Below, in pieces: positions 18,656-28,030 of a stretch of 64,000 bases of DNA. Within the stretch, counting starts at the first letter, position 1, and each line of letters opens with the position of its first letter. This DNA comes from an uncultured Eubacteriales bacterium (lineage in GTDB: Bacteria; Bacillota; Clostridia; Lachnospirales; Lachnospiraceae). A program made the translations under genes and the position numbers. The notes under the pieces were generated by a model. It did not search any database, had not been told where the DNA came from, and worked only from the letters and a program-made list of their open reading frames with translations. The stretch is from the NCBI GenBank assembly GCA_963528005.1, contig CAURSM010000023.1, positions 11,211-75,210 on the forward strand. The letters run 5' to 3'.

Positions 18656-19870
18656 TTATGGATTTTTAATAAGCGCTGCAATGATAATTCCCACAACGAT
18701 AGCGCCCAGTAAGAAAAATAACGTACTAAAATAAGAACCACTAGAATCGTAGAGATAACCAGCAATGGTACTTCCAAAGGAAGCAAAAAATAAATTCATA
18801 TTTAGCACTGAAAAATTAATACTATAATTTTTTCTGCCATAAAAGGAACCTACAAAAGCTGAATTAGTCGTAGGTACGCCACCGTAGGCAAGCCCTGTTA
18901 ATATAAATCCCATAATCAGGATATAAAAGCTTCCGGTGCTTAATGATAAGATCAGAGATATAATGGCACTGCAAAACAAAACTTCATTGATGATCATTGT
19001 TTTTACACGGCCAAACCGATCAAACATTCCACCAAATATGACGCGTCCTATTCCATTAAAGATGGAGATCAATCCTACAACCGTGGCTATGGTCCCTGCA
19101 GAAGCCTCCGGCTTCACGGAAATAGCGATTGCTCCAGCCTGTGATATAACCGCAAGACCAGCAGCGCACAAAAGAATTGCCCATATGAAATAAAGCCAGA
19201 AGGAACTTCTTTTAATCATTTGTCTAAAATTCATTTCCTCAACGTTTACAATTTCACTATTATTAATTTCTTTCGTCATTCTTTCTGTTAAAGCCGCTGT
19301 CTCTTCGGCATTTGGCTTTCTAATAAACAACGCACTCAATAGCATAACGATAAAAAGAATAATTCCAAACAGTAATAAAGACCTTCGAAAGCTTTCTCCA
19401 GTTCCTGTAAAAGCCTGATATACCTTACCAATCAAGAAACTACCAAATCCAAATCCCATAAGAAGAATTCCTGAAATCAGACCCGGTTTATCCGGGAAAA
19501 ACTTTGTAACAGCGCCCATAATGGAATTATAGGCAATTCCAGATGCGGTTCCAGAAAGCACACCGTATCCAATGTAAAGGCCTATCAGTGAATTTGTTTT
19601 TGATGCGATAACAAATCCTCCTAAAAACAAAAACGCAGAAACAACCATATTTATTTTAACATTTACTTTTCCTGATAAAAGACCAGCAAAAAAACCTCCA
19701 AGACAAAAAAACATCATACAGATGGTAAAGGTCATGGAAAGCTGCGCACTGCTCCAATCAGTGAAGTATGCAGAAACCGGCCTGGAAATAACACTCCAGG
19801 CATAAATAAGTCCTGCAAATAATAACACCAGTACTCCCATTGCGGCATAAAGCCATCGCTTGTATTTCAT
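18656..19870 (-). CDS. MFS transporter (oxalate/formate antiporter-like subfamily)
   Basis: 404 aa, 12 TM segments, 15 nt downstream of the CHI homolog. Confidence 0.75.
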   Translation of the reverse strand: MKYKRWLYAAMGVLVLLFAGLIYAWSVISRPVSAYFTDWSSAQLSMTFTICMMFFCLGGFFAGLLSGKVNVKINMVVSAFLFLGGFVIASKTNSLIGLYIGYGVLSGTASGIAYNSIMGAVTKFFPDKPGLISGILLMGFGFGSFLIGKVYQAFTGTGESFRRSLLLFGIILFIVMLLSALFIRKPNAEETAALTERMTKEINNSEIVNVEEMNFRQMIKRSSFWLYFIWAILLCAAGLAVISQAGAIAISVKPEASAGTIATVVGLISIFNGIGRVIFGGMFDRFGRVKTMIINEVLFCSAIISLILSLSTGSFYILIMGFILTGLAYGGVPTTNSAFVGSFYGRKNYSINFSVLNMNLFFASFGSTIAGYLYDSSGSYFSTLFFLLGAIVVGIIIAALIKNP

Positions 19871-19885
19871 TGCTTCATTTCTCCT

Positions 19886-20722
19886 CTATCTTCTGGGCAT
19901 ATATCCACGGTACTGGCTATAAGCATCACAGGTCGGAACATCCTTGATGAAAATGCCTCTAATTTCAAATCCTGGTTTTAAATACGGAAATACATCACCT
20001 TCAGCTGCCCAGAAAGGTGCTTTAATTTTATCAGAAGTTTCTATGGCGATACGATGCCACGCCGTCGGACCTGTAAACCACATTTCAACAACTCGTCCCA
20101 TAGGGCAATTATTAATTGTTTGGTCTACTTTACTGGTAAGAATTCTTGTACAGCAGGAATTCTCAATAAAGAATGGAAATACCTCTTCAAACAACCACTT
20201 ATCACCATCTTCCTGGGATACTCCATCCGGATAGGATAAAGCAAAGTTCCAACAGTAATTAGGCCCATCTTCTAACATACGGCCAACTCCCTTAATATCT
20301 TCTTCCCACCACATAGGGCAAAATGCAAAGACAAATGGCGGGCAGCCATTGTTACCACCTGAACTGCGCCCTGCATCTCCAGTCAGCATTACTTCGCTTA
20401 CAGTCTGAGGAACAGTACCTTGCCACTTTAAGACTTCAATGGGGGTATATTCCTGAAAGGCTTTTACCTTCAAAGCTGCATCCATAATATCGACGTTCCA
20501 ATGGTGTTCGGTCAACTGCATACGCACCGTTCCAAATCGTTCTCCACCTGGAGGCACTGGAAGAGCATCAAAAAAAGCATATTTACCACAATAAGGCTCA
20601 AACTGAGCAATACTTTCTGGAATATGATGATAATACAACCAATGATGCAGTCTATGCCTATATTCTTCATCAATTACATCTACATATATAAAACTTCTCA
20701 TAGGATTGAATTCGATTGCCAT
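19886..20722 (-). CDS. chi: bacterial chalcone isomerase (Eubacterium ramulus CHI family) homolog
   Basis: It shares blocks that I recall from E. ramulus CHI: FNPMRSFIYVD, HIPES (the position of the catalytic His), QFEPYCGKYAF, RMQLTEHHW, FVFAFCPMWWEED, KWLFEE, FPYLKP and C-terminal YRGY. The length of 278 aa is similar to that enzyme. Confidence 0.8.
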   Translation of the reverse strand: MAIEFNPMRSFIYVDVIDEEYRHRLHHWLYYHHIPESIAQFEPYCGKYAFFDALPVPPGGERFGTVRMQLTEHHWNVDIMDAALKVKAFQEYTPIEVLKWQGTVPQTVSEVMLTGDAGRSSGGNNGCPPFVFAFCPMWWEEDIKGVGRMLEDGPNYCWNFALSYPDGVSQEDGDKWLFEEVFPFFIENSCCTRILTSKVDQTINNCPMGRVVEMWFTGPTAWHRIAIETSDKIKAPFWAAEGDVFPYLKPGFEIRGIFIKDVPTCDAYSQYRGYMPRR

Positions 20723-20723
20723 G

Positions 20724-21236
20724 TTAATTTCCCCTTTTTAACTTTCTCCGTAATAATATTTTTGTAAAATAATCCACCCCACACCCCACGTACCATACTC
20801 CTACAGCCATGGCGATTCCAATTTGAATCGGCAAGGTTTTTTCCGCCTGTATGTCTTTGAAAGACATCAGACTTAAACCGATGGCCCATCCGCATAACCA
20901 GGAAGGTAGAAATACAAAGTGTTCAAATATAGAAGCGATAACAACTGCCAACGCACCTAAAACTGCTAATGTAACAAACAACTCCAACGTTTCATTCCAA
21001 TTCACTACTTCCATGATTATTAAAGAAAGGACCGCCCATAAATTGCCAAGCCAAAAGCCTGCGGTAATCTTTACGCCATCCTCAATCCGGTTGCCATTTG
21101 TTGAGTACAGCCCCGCACAAATCAATGCCACGGCTCCTGTTTTAATTCCCAGGTGTGGAGCAGATACCGCCCATAAGGGCGGTAAAAGTCCAATAGCAAG
21201 AGCCAAAACTAATTGTTCTTTCTTTTTTTCATCCAT
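20724..21236 (-). CDS. small polytopic membrane protein (possibly DUF1097-like)
   Basis: 170 aa with 4-5 hydrophobic helices. It lies 1 nt upstream of chi and 6 nt downstream of the FMN reductase paralog. Confidence 0.5.
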   Translation of the reverse strand: MDEKKKEQLVLALAIGLLPPLWAVSAPHLGIKTGAVALICAGLYSTNGNRIEDGVKITAGFWLGNLWAVLSLIIMEVVNWNETLELFVTLAVLGALAVVIASIFEHFVFLPSWLCGWAIGLSLMSFKDIQAEKTLPIQIGIAMAVGVWYVGCGVDYFTKILLRRKLKRGN

Positions 21237-21242
21237 TTTTTA

Positions 21243-22187
21243 TTACACACGCTCACATAAAAAAGAAGAGGCAATGGAATCCATATAGCGTTTTTTACGA
21301 AGTTTAAATTCTTCTGTCTGGCGTACTTTTGCAAATGCACCTTCCATACGCTGAATATCATCTCCATGAATAAACTTTCCTGGGATTGTGTCATGAGCGT
21401 GTTCTAATTGTTCTACTGGGAAAACAAATTTTGTCTTTCCATCTTCAATCACAACATCTCCCACCATTCCGCATAAGCCACAGATAGCATTTGTAGATTC
21501 GTTATCCAGATAAAAGAGCTTATTATGACAATGAGGACATAATCCTTCTTCTCCCTGATAAGCAGCATTCTCTACATCTTTTGCGGCATTTGCTAATTTC
21601 ACACCAATTTTATGTACTTCAGCCAAACGTACGTCATCCATAATGAGCTCTTTCGCCCATGGATACCAGGTATTATCAATAATCTTCCACATTGGGGTGA
21701 GAGCCTGCATCGCATGTTCGCATTGAACTCTGGTTCCCCAGTCAGAACCTCCTACTCCCATGTAAGAAATCACTTTATCCTTTAGAATCCTTGGATCGAT
21801 TGCCTTTCCACCATTCTCCTCTGCTATCTTGGAACCAATGATGTTGTTTCCACGATCCATTCTAGGTCCGAAACGATCCATAATAGTATGGAATAGGCCA
21901 GAAGCCCCTTCCTCAAAGATAGGATCAGATATAATAATTCCATCTGCATCAAGCATTTTGTCTAAAAGCCAGTCAAAGTCATCCTTTATGACACACATAT
22001 TTCCTTTTCCACCTAATAGTGTCTTTACACAAGCACAACAACCGGTGCAATGCTTGATATCCAGTGATGACATTCTAATAAACTCTACCTCAGCACCTGT
22101 TTCCTTCGCTCCCATTAACGCTTCCATACAGATAGAATCATTTGTTCCGTTCTTTGTTCCAAAAGAAATACCTAAAACCTTCATCAT
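21243..22187 (-). CDS. iron-sulfur flavoprotein-like / NADPH-dependent FMN reductase family protein with C-terminal Cys4 extension (paralog 2; candidate flavone-reductase-type ene-reductase)
   Basis: MMKVLGISFG flavodoxin-like start, CTGCCAC...C cluster and CPHCH...CGLCG. It is colinear with 598..1563 over its full length. Confidence 0.7.
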   Translation of the reverse strand: MMKVLGISFGTKNGTNDSICMEALMGAKETGAEVEFIRMSSLDIKHCTGCCACVKTLLGGKGNMCVIKDDFDWLLDKMLDADGIIISDPIFEEGASGLFHTIMDRFGPRMDRGNNIIGSKIAEENGGKAIDPRILKDKVISYMGVGGSDWGTRVQCEHAMQALTPMWKIIDNTWYPWAKELIMDDVRLAEVHKIGVKLANAAKDVENAAYQGEEGLCPHCHNKLFYLDNESTNAICGLCGMVGDVVIEDGKTKFVFPVEQLEHAHDTIPGKFIHGDDIQRMEGAFAKVRQTEEFKLRKKRYMDSIASSFLCERV

Positions 22188-22209
22188 AATCTCCTTTTTC
22201 GTGTAAATA

Positions 22210-23598
22210 TTAATTTTCTTTCATTTTTAAAATATAAAATCCATCATCAAGGGCATCAATGATGATATAACCTCTATCATCTACCACAATATCCTCTGTT
22301 ACCGCCATACGAGGCCCCGGAAAACCTGGGAAAAATGATTCCTCTGGTTTTTTATTGGGATTTGGTGGAATAAAGTAAGCAATTTCCTTGATATAATATG
22401 GATCTGATACATCATAAACCCTAAGTCCTGCATGGAAATAACAGCAGTACACACGGTCTCCCCTCTGCTCCAGCCATGGTTTCTTATCCATAGGTTCATG
22501 TAGGTTATGAGGACCAAATGGGCCTGCCACTCCAAGTCCAGCTACATTAAAGTTTGGATATGGGAAGTCCTTTGGAACTTCCGGATATGGAAACTCAGCA
22601 ATCAAAGTAGGCTGTTTGGGGTCACTGACATCGATCATGTGTATGTTGTTTAATGCCTGAGCTCTTTTTATCCTATCTGGTGTAAAGAACTGGAAACGTT
22701 CTCCTTCGTTTTGACATACGACCAGATCACGCCCTGGCAGCGGGACTGCTGTATGGGTTCTTGCCCCTGATAACTCACTGGAGAATGCAGGCATCAGCGA
22801 TAATTCTCCCAGGCATTTCGGTCTTTCTACGTCCTGAACATCAAGAACTACCAGTCCTGCTCCGCCATAGCCGCAGTAAGCGATTCCATCACGAACAAAT
22901 GGCGGTCCGTGAAGCCAGCCTTTATCCATAAAGGAAGGAACGTGAGCGGCACCTGGATCAAAGTTTCGATCTGGATATCCGTCTGCATACTGATCTGGTC
23001 TCCACCAGCGTCCTGCTTCCACTGGACTCGTGGGGTCTTCAATATCAATAATGCGGTAAATCATTCCTTCAAAGCCTACGCAGTCACTGGATAAATGAAC
23101 ATATCTTCCACCGTTATACTGAAAACGGTGCACTCCAAGTACATGCTTTAATCCACAATCCCAATAGCCCAAAAATTCCGGATTCTCTGGGTCATTTTTC
23201 AGACTGTAAATTCGAATTCCTGCCTCACATTTTATATCAGCAAGTTTTGCCTGATCCACAAGGGCTCCTGGTCCGCTGCCGCAACTCATAGCTACAATCA
23301 TCAGATCGTCGGCAATCTGAATCTTGGGAGATGTAGTTGTTGGATACTCCTTCGGATTAACGAGTTCAAAGTGCTTCACAAATTTGGGATCATAAGGATC
23401 TGTTACATCACTAATCATGACCCCGTTCTTTGTTCCGCCAAAGCAGCAGCCATACAAATAATACTTACCTGCTGATGTTTTATAAAGGGCCATCTGGAAC
23501 ATCCCGCAGGTTCCATCTAAATCACTAAAAGAGCAAACTTCCAAATTTTTAATAAAACCGTTGTTTCCCTCTCCCTTAGCATAAAAATTATCTTTCAT
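22210..23598 (-). CDS. cytoplasmic LVIVD-repeat beta-propeller protein, function unknown
   Basis: 462 aa with repeated hydrophobic-strand plus D motifs (LMIVAM, RIIDIEDP, LVVLDVQD, IHMIDVSDP, LRVYDVSDP, YIIIDALDDG). No signal peptide. The start is 12 nt after the buk stop, with AGAGG as SD. Confidence 0.6.
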   Translation of the reverse strand: MKDNFYAKGEGNNGFIKNLEVCSFSDLDGTCGMFQMALYKTSAGKYYLYGCCFGGTKNGVMISDVTDPYDPKFVKHFELVNPKEYPTTTSPKIQIADDLMIVAMSCGSGPGALVDQAKLADIKCEAGIRIYSLKNDPENPEFLGYWDCGLKHVLGVHRFQYNGGRYVHLSSDCVGFEGMIYRIIDIEDPTSPVEAGRWWRPDQYADGYPDRNFDPGAAHVPSFMDKGWLHGPPFVRDGIAYCGYGGAGLVVLDVQDVERPKCLGELSLMPAFSSELSGARTHTAVPLPGRDLVVCQNEGERFQFFTPDRIKRAQALNNIHMIDVSDPKQPTLIAEFPYPEVPKDFPYPNFNVAGLGVAGPFGPHNLHEPMDKKPWLEQRGDRVYCCYFHAGLRVYDVSDPYYIKEIAYFIPPNPNKKPEESFFPGFPGPRMAVTEDIVVDDRGYIIIDALDDGFYILKMKEN

Positions 23599-23610
23599 AT
23601 TATTACCTCT

Positions 23611-24693
23611 CTACTGATTTTTCCTGCTATCTATGTAAGGCTCAGCTTCTTCCTCTCCCTTTAAAATACGAAGGGCACCTGCAGTTAAAGCTTCCAATTC
23701 ATTCTCGCCTGGCATAACCATGATCGGAGCCAGCTTGCTTACATATTCTTTAATCCACTGTGTCAACATTTGGGAATGAGCCACTCCGCCTGTTAAAATG
23801 ATAGCATCAACTTCTCCCTTTAAAACGGGAATGAGTTCACCAATTCCTTTTGCAATCTGGTACGCTTGCGCCTGGAATATTTTCTTCGCCAACTCGTTGC
23901 CATCCTGAATCATCTTCTCCACTTCAATACAGCTGGAAGTGCCAAGATAGGCTTTCATACCGCCCATACCGGAAACTTTTTTCTTCATATCCCTTTTACT
24001 GTAAGTTCCGCTGTAACACATGTCGATTACGTAATTTAATGGTATGCTTCCTGATCTTTCTGGAGAAAAAGGACCTCCATCGGCTGGAATTGCATCTACT
24101 ATTTTACCCTTTTCATGAGCACTGACTGAGATTCCACCACCTAAATGGGCAACAATAAAGTTCATTTCCTGATATGTTTTTCCCAATTCAGATGCTGCTT
24201 TTCTTGCCATTGCCTTGGAGTTTAATACATGACAAAAACTTTGTCTTACTACCTCTGGCATTCCGGTTACTTTTGCAATCTCTGCCATTTCATCAGAACC
24301 TACCGCATCATAGATATAGGCAGGTATGCCCAGAGGCGCTGCAATGGCATCTGAAATCAAAGCACCCAGGTTCGATGCGTGTTCAATGGTAGAAGGATCT
24401 GTTAGCTTTTTTCTCATATCCTCTGTCACCAGATAACCACCTGCATGGATATTTACCAGCTGGCCGCCTCTTCCCACAACTGCAGATAATTCCTTCACAT
24501 CTACGCCATGTTTATCTAGTGCATTTAGAATATTTTCCTTACGCATGTCAAATTCATCTACCACTCTGTCATACTTTTTTAACTCTTCATCAGAATGTGT
24601 AACGCTTTCTGTAAATAACTCTTTCTCGCCTTCGTAAACTCCGATTTTTGTGGAGGTAGAGCCAGGGTTAACTGCTAAAATTTTATAACTCAT
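23611..24693 (-). CDS. buk: butyrate (short/branched-chain acyl) kinase
   Basis: The N-terminus ILAVNPGSTSTKIGVY and the overall ASKHA-fold sequence are typical of Buk. Confidence 0.9.
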   Translation of the reverse strand: MSYKILAVNPGSTSTKIGVYEGEKELFTESVTHSDEELKKYDRVVDEFDMRKENILNALDKHGVDVKELSAVVGRGGQLVNIHAGGYLVTEDMRKKLTDPSTIEHASNLGALISDAIAAPLGIPAYIYDAVGSDEMAEIAKVTGMPEVVRQSFCHVLNSKAMARKAASELGKTYQEMNFIVAHLGGGISVSAHEKGKIVDAIPADGGPFSPERSGSIPLNYVIDMCYSGTYSKRDMKKKVSGMGGMKAYLGTSSCIEVEKMIQDGNELAKKIFQAQAYQIAKGIGELIPVLKGEVDAIILTGGVAHSQMLTQWIKEYVSKLAPIMVMPGENELEALTAGALRILKGEEEAEPYIDSRKNQ

Positions 24694-24708
24694 TGTACTT
24701 CTCCTTCT

Positions 24709-25614
24709 TTAATCTACTGCCGCTGCTGAAACTGCAATGGATAAGAATTTTTCCTCTGCAGACGATCCTCTGGAAGTTAATACAATCGGACATTTTGCTC
24801 CAACTACAAACCCTGCCATCTTCGCCTTACAAGTACAGGTCAGCATCTTACCCATGATATTTCCTGCATGGATGTTAGGAGCCACCAGCACATCAACATC
24901 ACCAGCAATTTGGCTTTCATAGTTTTTGAGCTTGGCAATCTCTGCATCAATGGCACAATCATAGGAAATAGGGCCTTCTATGATACAGTTCTTGATTTCG
25001 CCTTCCTGATTCATACGGGCAAGCTCTGCCGCTTCCACTGTTTCCGGCATTTTAGGGTTCACTTTTTCTACGCAGGTTAAAACTCCCACTTTCGGACAGT
25101 CGTAGCCCATGGATCTTAAGGTTTCCACCGTATTTTCAATGATGGATTTCTTTTGTTCCAAAGTCGGATAGGCAACCATGCCTCCGTCTACAGGTACTAA
25201 TATTTTATGGTAGGAAGGAACATCAAACATAGAAAAATGGGACATAACACCGCCTTTTCCCAAGCCTTTCTCTTTGTCAACCACCGCCTTTAAAAGTATA
25301 GCCGTATCCAAATATCCCTTCATTAAAAAATCTGCTTTTCCTTCTCGAATCAAAGAGACCGAAAATTCGGCAGCCTCTTTGTTATCAGTGGCTAAATAGA
25401 TGTCCTCTTCTGGAACCTCTTCTCCAAGCTTTTTTAATATTCCAAGAATTACTTCTTTATCACCCACTAATATAGGTCCGGCGATTCCTTCTTTTCTGGC
25501 ATGCAGAGCAGCTTCAAGAGTATGTTCCTCTCCTGCCGCAGCGATTACCATTCGTTTCATGGAAGGAAATTTTTTTACTTTATCAATTAATTCATCAAAA
25601 CTTCTATAGATCAT
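24709..25614 (-). CDS. ptb: phosphate butyryltransferase (phosphotransacylase)
   Basis: 301 aa of Pta/Ptb family sequence, immediately upstream of buk. Confidence 0.85.
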   Translation of the reverse strand: MIYRSFDELIDKVKKFPSMKRMVIAAAGEEHTLEAALHARKEGIAGPILVGDKEVILGILKKLGEEVPEEDIYLATDNKEAAEFSVSLIREGKADFLMKGYLDTAILLKAVVDKEKGLGKGGVMSHFSMFDVPSYHKILVPVDGGMVAYPTLEQKKSIIENTVETLRSMGYDCPKVGVLTCVEKVNPKMPETVEAAELARMNQEGEIKNCIIEGPISYDCAIDAEIAKLKNYESQIAGDVDVLVAPNIHAGNIMGKMLTCTCKAKMAGFVVGAKCPIVLTSRGSSAEEKFLSIAVSAAAVD

Positions 25615-25626
25615 CTGGCTCTCTCC

Positions 25627-26172
25627 TTATCTTTGTGACTGACCAATTGAAAGACCTCTTTCAAAAGCTAGTTTATTAAGAGGAAGGAGCTTTGGTTTGC
25701 TTTTCAGTTTATGCTCAATGGTTGACCATACAATTTCCGGATCAATAACATTTGTAAATCCTACATATACACCAAGCATAATCACATTTAGTACCTTTGC
25801 ATTTCCAAGTTCCAAGGCAAGCTCCGTAACAGGTGCTTTCACTATTTTAACGTCGCTTCTTTCTATCTCATCCGTAACAATGGAACTGTTAATAAAAAGC
25901 GTTCCTCCCTGTTTTAACGTGGGCAAAAACTTTTGTAAGGATGGTCCGTTCATGATAACCAAATCGTCCATCACATCACCAAGAGGAGCTCCAATGGTTT
26001 CATCGGAAATTACAACAAAACAATTGGCGGTACCACCTCTTTGCTCCGCTCCGTAAGAAGGGAAAAACGTAACATTTTTATTTGTAGAATCACAGGTTGC
26101 CGAAGCCAGGAATTTTCCAAGGGTCATAACACCCTGTCCGCCAAAACCGGCCACACACAAATTTGTCTCCAT
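25627..26172 (-). CDS. 2-oxoacid:ferredoxin oxidoreductase gamma subunit
   Basis: 181 aa with GFGGQGV near the N-terminus, typical of POR/VOR/KOR gamma subunits. Confidence 0.85.
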   Translation of the reverse strand: METNLCVAGFGGQGVMTLGKFLASATCDSTNKNVTFFPSYGAEQRGGTANCFVVISDETIGAPLGDVMDDLVIMNGPSLQKFLPTLKQGGTLFINSSIVTDEIERSDVKIVKAPVTELALELGNAKVLNVIMLGVYVGFTNVIDPEIVWSTIEHKLKSKPKLLPLNKLAFERGLSIGQSQR

Positions 26173-26185
26173 TCAATTTTCCTCC

Positions 26186-26923
26186 TTATCGATCTCTGAT
26201 TACACCCAGAGGAAATTCCGGGAGCATCTTCTCTTCTATAAAATCAAGAGATTTCATTGCATCAAGCCCCCAGTTTGTCGGACAGCTGGTGACTATTTCT
26301 ACCATGGAAAATCCTTTGCCCTCAAGCTGGTTTTGAAATGCCTTTTGAATTGCTTTCTTTGTTTTCATTACATTGACTGGGGTATTGCAGCTAGTCCGTT
26401 CTAAATAAGCCGGAGCCGTCAGTTGGTCTAATATCTCACACATGTGCATGGGATAACCATGTTCCTTAGGATCACGACCCTTGGGAGCGGTGCTCGCCTT
26501 CATGCCTACTAAGGTGGTAGGAGCCAATTGTCCGCCAGTCATACCGTAAATACCATTGTTAATGAAAATAACTGTGATATTCTCTCCTCGATTGGCTGCT
26601 GACATGGATTCCCCCAAACCGATGGAAGCAAAATCTCCATCTCCCTGATATGTAAATACAAGACTGTCAGGACTTGCCTTTTTCATTCCAGTCGCCACTG
26701 CACAGGCACGACCATGAGGCGCTGTCGTATTGTCATAGGCCATATAGTCCATCTGAAGACCACAGCAGCCGATTCCAAGGACGCAAGCCGCCTTGTCCAC
26801 CAAATTCATCTCATCTAATACTTCTCCGATCAGCTTCATTACAGTGCCATGCATGCATCCAGGACAAAAGCCAGAAACTTTATCCTCCTGAATGGTTTTT
26901 GTTCTTGCATAAATCTGCTTCAT
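26186..26923 (-). CDS. 2-oxoacid:ferredoxin oxidoreductase beta subunit (TPP-binding)
   Basis: FCPGCMHG and the GDGD TPP/Mg motif (YQGDGDFASIG). Confidence 0.85.
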   Translation of the reverse strand: MKQIYARTKTIQEDKVSGFCPGCMHGTVMKLIGEVLDEMNLVDKAACVLGIGCCGLQMDYMAYDNTTAPHGRACAVATGMKKASPDSLVFTYQGDGDFASIGLGESMSAANRGENITVIFINNGIYGMTGGQLAPTTLVGMKASTAPKGRDPKEHGYPMHMCEILDQLTAPAYLERTSCNTPVNVMKTKKAIQKAFQNQLEGKGFSMVEIVTSCPTNWGLDAMKSLDFIEEKMLPEFPLGVIRDR

Positions 26924-26933
26924 CTTTTCCCTC

Positions 26934-28019
26934 CTATTTTGAAACCATTTTTCTTACTGCTTCCATTACTGCCTCACGGCTTATAATGTTGCCACCTGAG
27001 CAAAGGCAGGTTTCAATGGGGCAGCGCCCTTTCACACCAGTTTCCACATCCGTTACAAACTGGGCAGGAATAGACATCTCAACATCAAGAACTGCTTTTA
27101 CCTTGCTATAATCGATGTGGTCAAATGCGCTGTAAGGAAATGGCTGAACGGTTATGGCACGAAGAAGCCCTACCTTTATGCCCTCTTTCCGCAATAAATC
27201 CACAGCCGCTTTTGCGATACGGGCTGATATTCCATAGGCCGTAATCACTACCTCTGCATCTTCGATCAGATATTCTTCCGCCAGGGCCTCTTTCTCCCAG
27301 CTTTTATAAAGAGCTGCTGCTTCTTCGTTAGCCACCTGCATATCGCTGGTTTTCCAATGTCCTGGCTGAATCCAGGAACGGTTTGCAAGGTCTAGTGGAT
27401 GTCCAATACAGGACCAGGATTTCTTTGACTCTTTGATGGACGCAATCTCTTCATCCGGTTTCATTTCCGGAAGTACGACAGGCTCCATCATTGTTCCAAT
27501 AACTCCATCTGCTAAAATAAGCACCGGATTTCGATCGCGGTCTGCATAATCAAATGCCTGATACGTCATATCTACAGCTTCCTGTACCGATGCTGGTGCA
27601 AACACAAGCATTTGAAATCCACCGTTACCGGATGCCTTGGTCGCCTGATAGTAATCCATCTGCGCCGGTTGAATGGAACCAACTCCAGGGCCACCTCTAG
27701 AAACATTGACATAGACCATGGGGATTCTGGCTGATGCACAGTAAGAGATTCCCTCGCTCTTTAGCGCAATTCCAGGACTTGATGAAGATGTCATGGATCT
27801 GACACCCGCACTGGCAGCTCCATACACCATGTTTACGGAAGCTACTTCTGATTCTCCCTGTACAAAATTACCGTTTACTTCCGGCATTCTTCTTGCAAAA
27901 TATTCCGGTATTTCATTCTGAGGAGTAATTGGATAACCAGCAAAAAATCGACAACCGGCTCTAACTGCTGCTTCTGCTATTGCTTCGCAGCCTTTCATAA
28001 ACACTCTAGACATTTTCAA
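26934..28019 (-). CDS. 2-oxoacid:ferredoxin oxidoreductase alpha subunit
   Basis: KGCEAIAEAAVRAGCRFFAGYPITPQNEI is the canonical alpha-subunit N-terminus. Confidence 0.85.
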   Translation of the reverse strand: MKMSRVFMKGCEAIAEAAVRAGCRFFAGYPITPQNEIPEYFARRMPEVNGNFVQGESEVASVNMVYGAASAGVRSMTSSSSPGIALKSEGISYCASARIPMVYVNVSRGGPGVGSIQPAQMDYYQATKASGNGGFQMLVFAPASVQEAVDMTYQAFDYADRDRNPVLILADGVIGTMMEPVVLPEMKPDEEIASIKESKKSWSCIGHPLDLANRSWIQPGHWKTSDMQVANEEAAALYKSWEKEALAEEYLIEDAEVVITAYGISARIAKAAVDLLRKEGIKVGLLRAITVQPFPYSAFDHIDYSKVKAVLDVEMSIPAQFVTDVETGVKGRCPIETCLCSGGNIISREAVMEAVRKMVSK

Positions 28020-28030
28020 TAACCTCCTGA

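Noticed and set aside
18370-18786. 138-aa minus-strand ORF spanning the TetR 3' end, the terminator and the MFS 3' end.
   Set aside because: It crosses a convergent intergenic terminator and overlaps two better-supported genes. It has no RBS.
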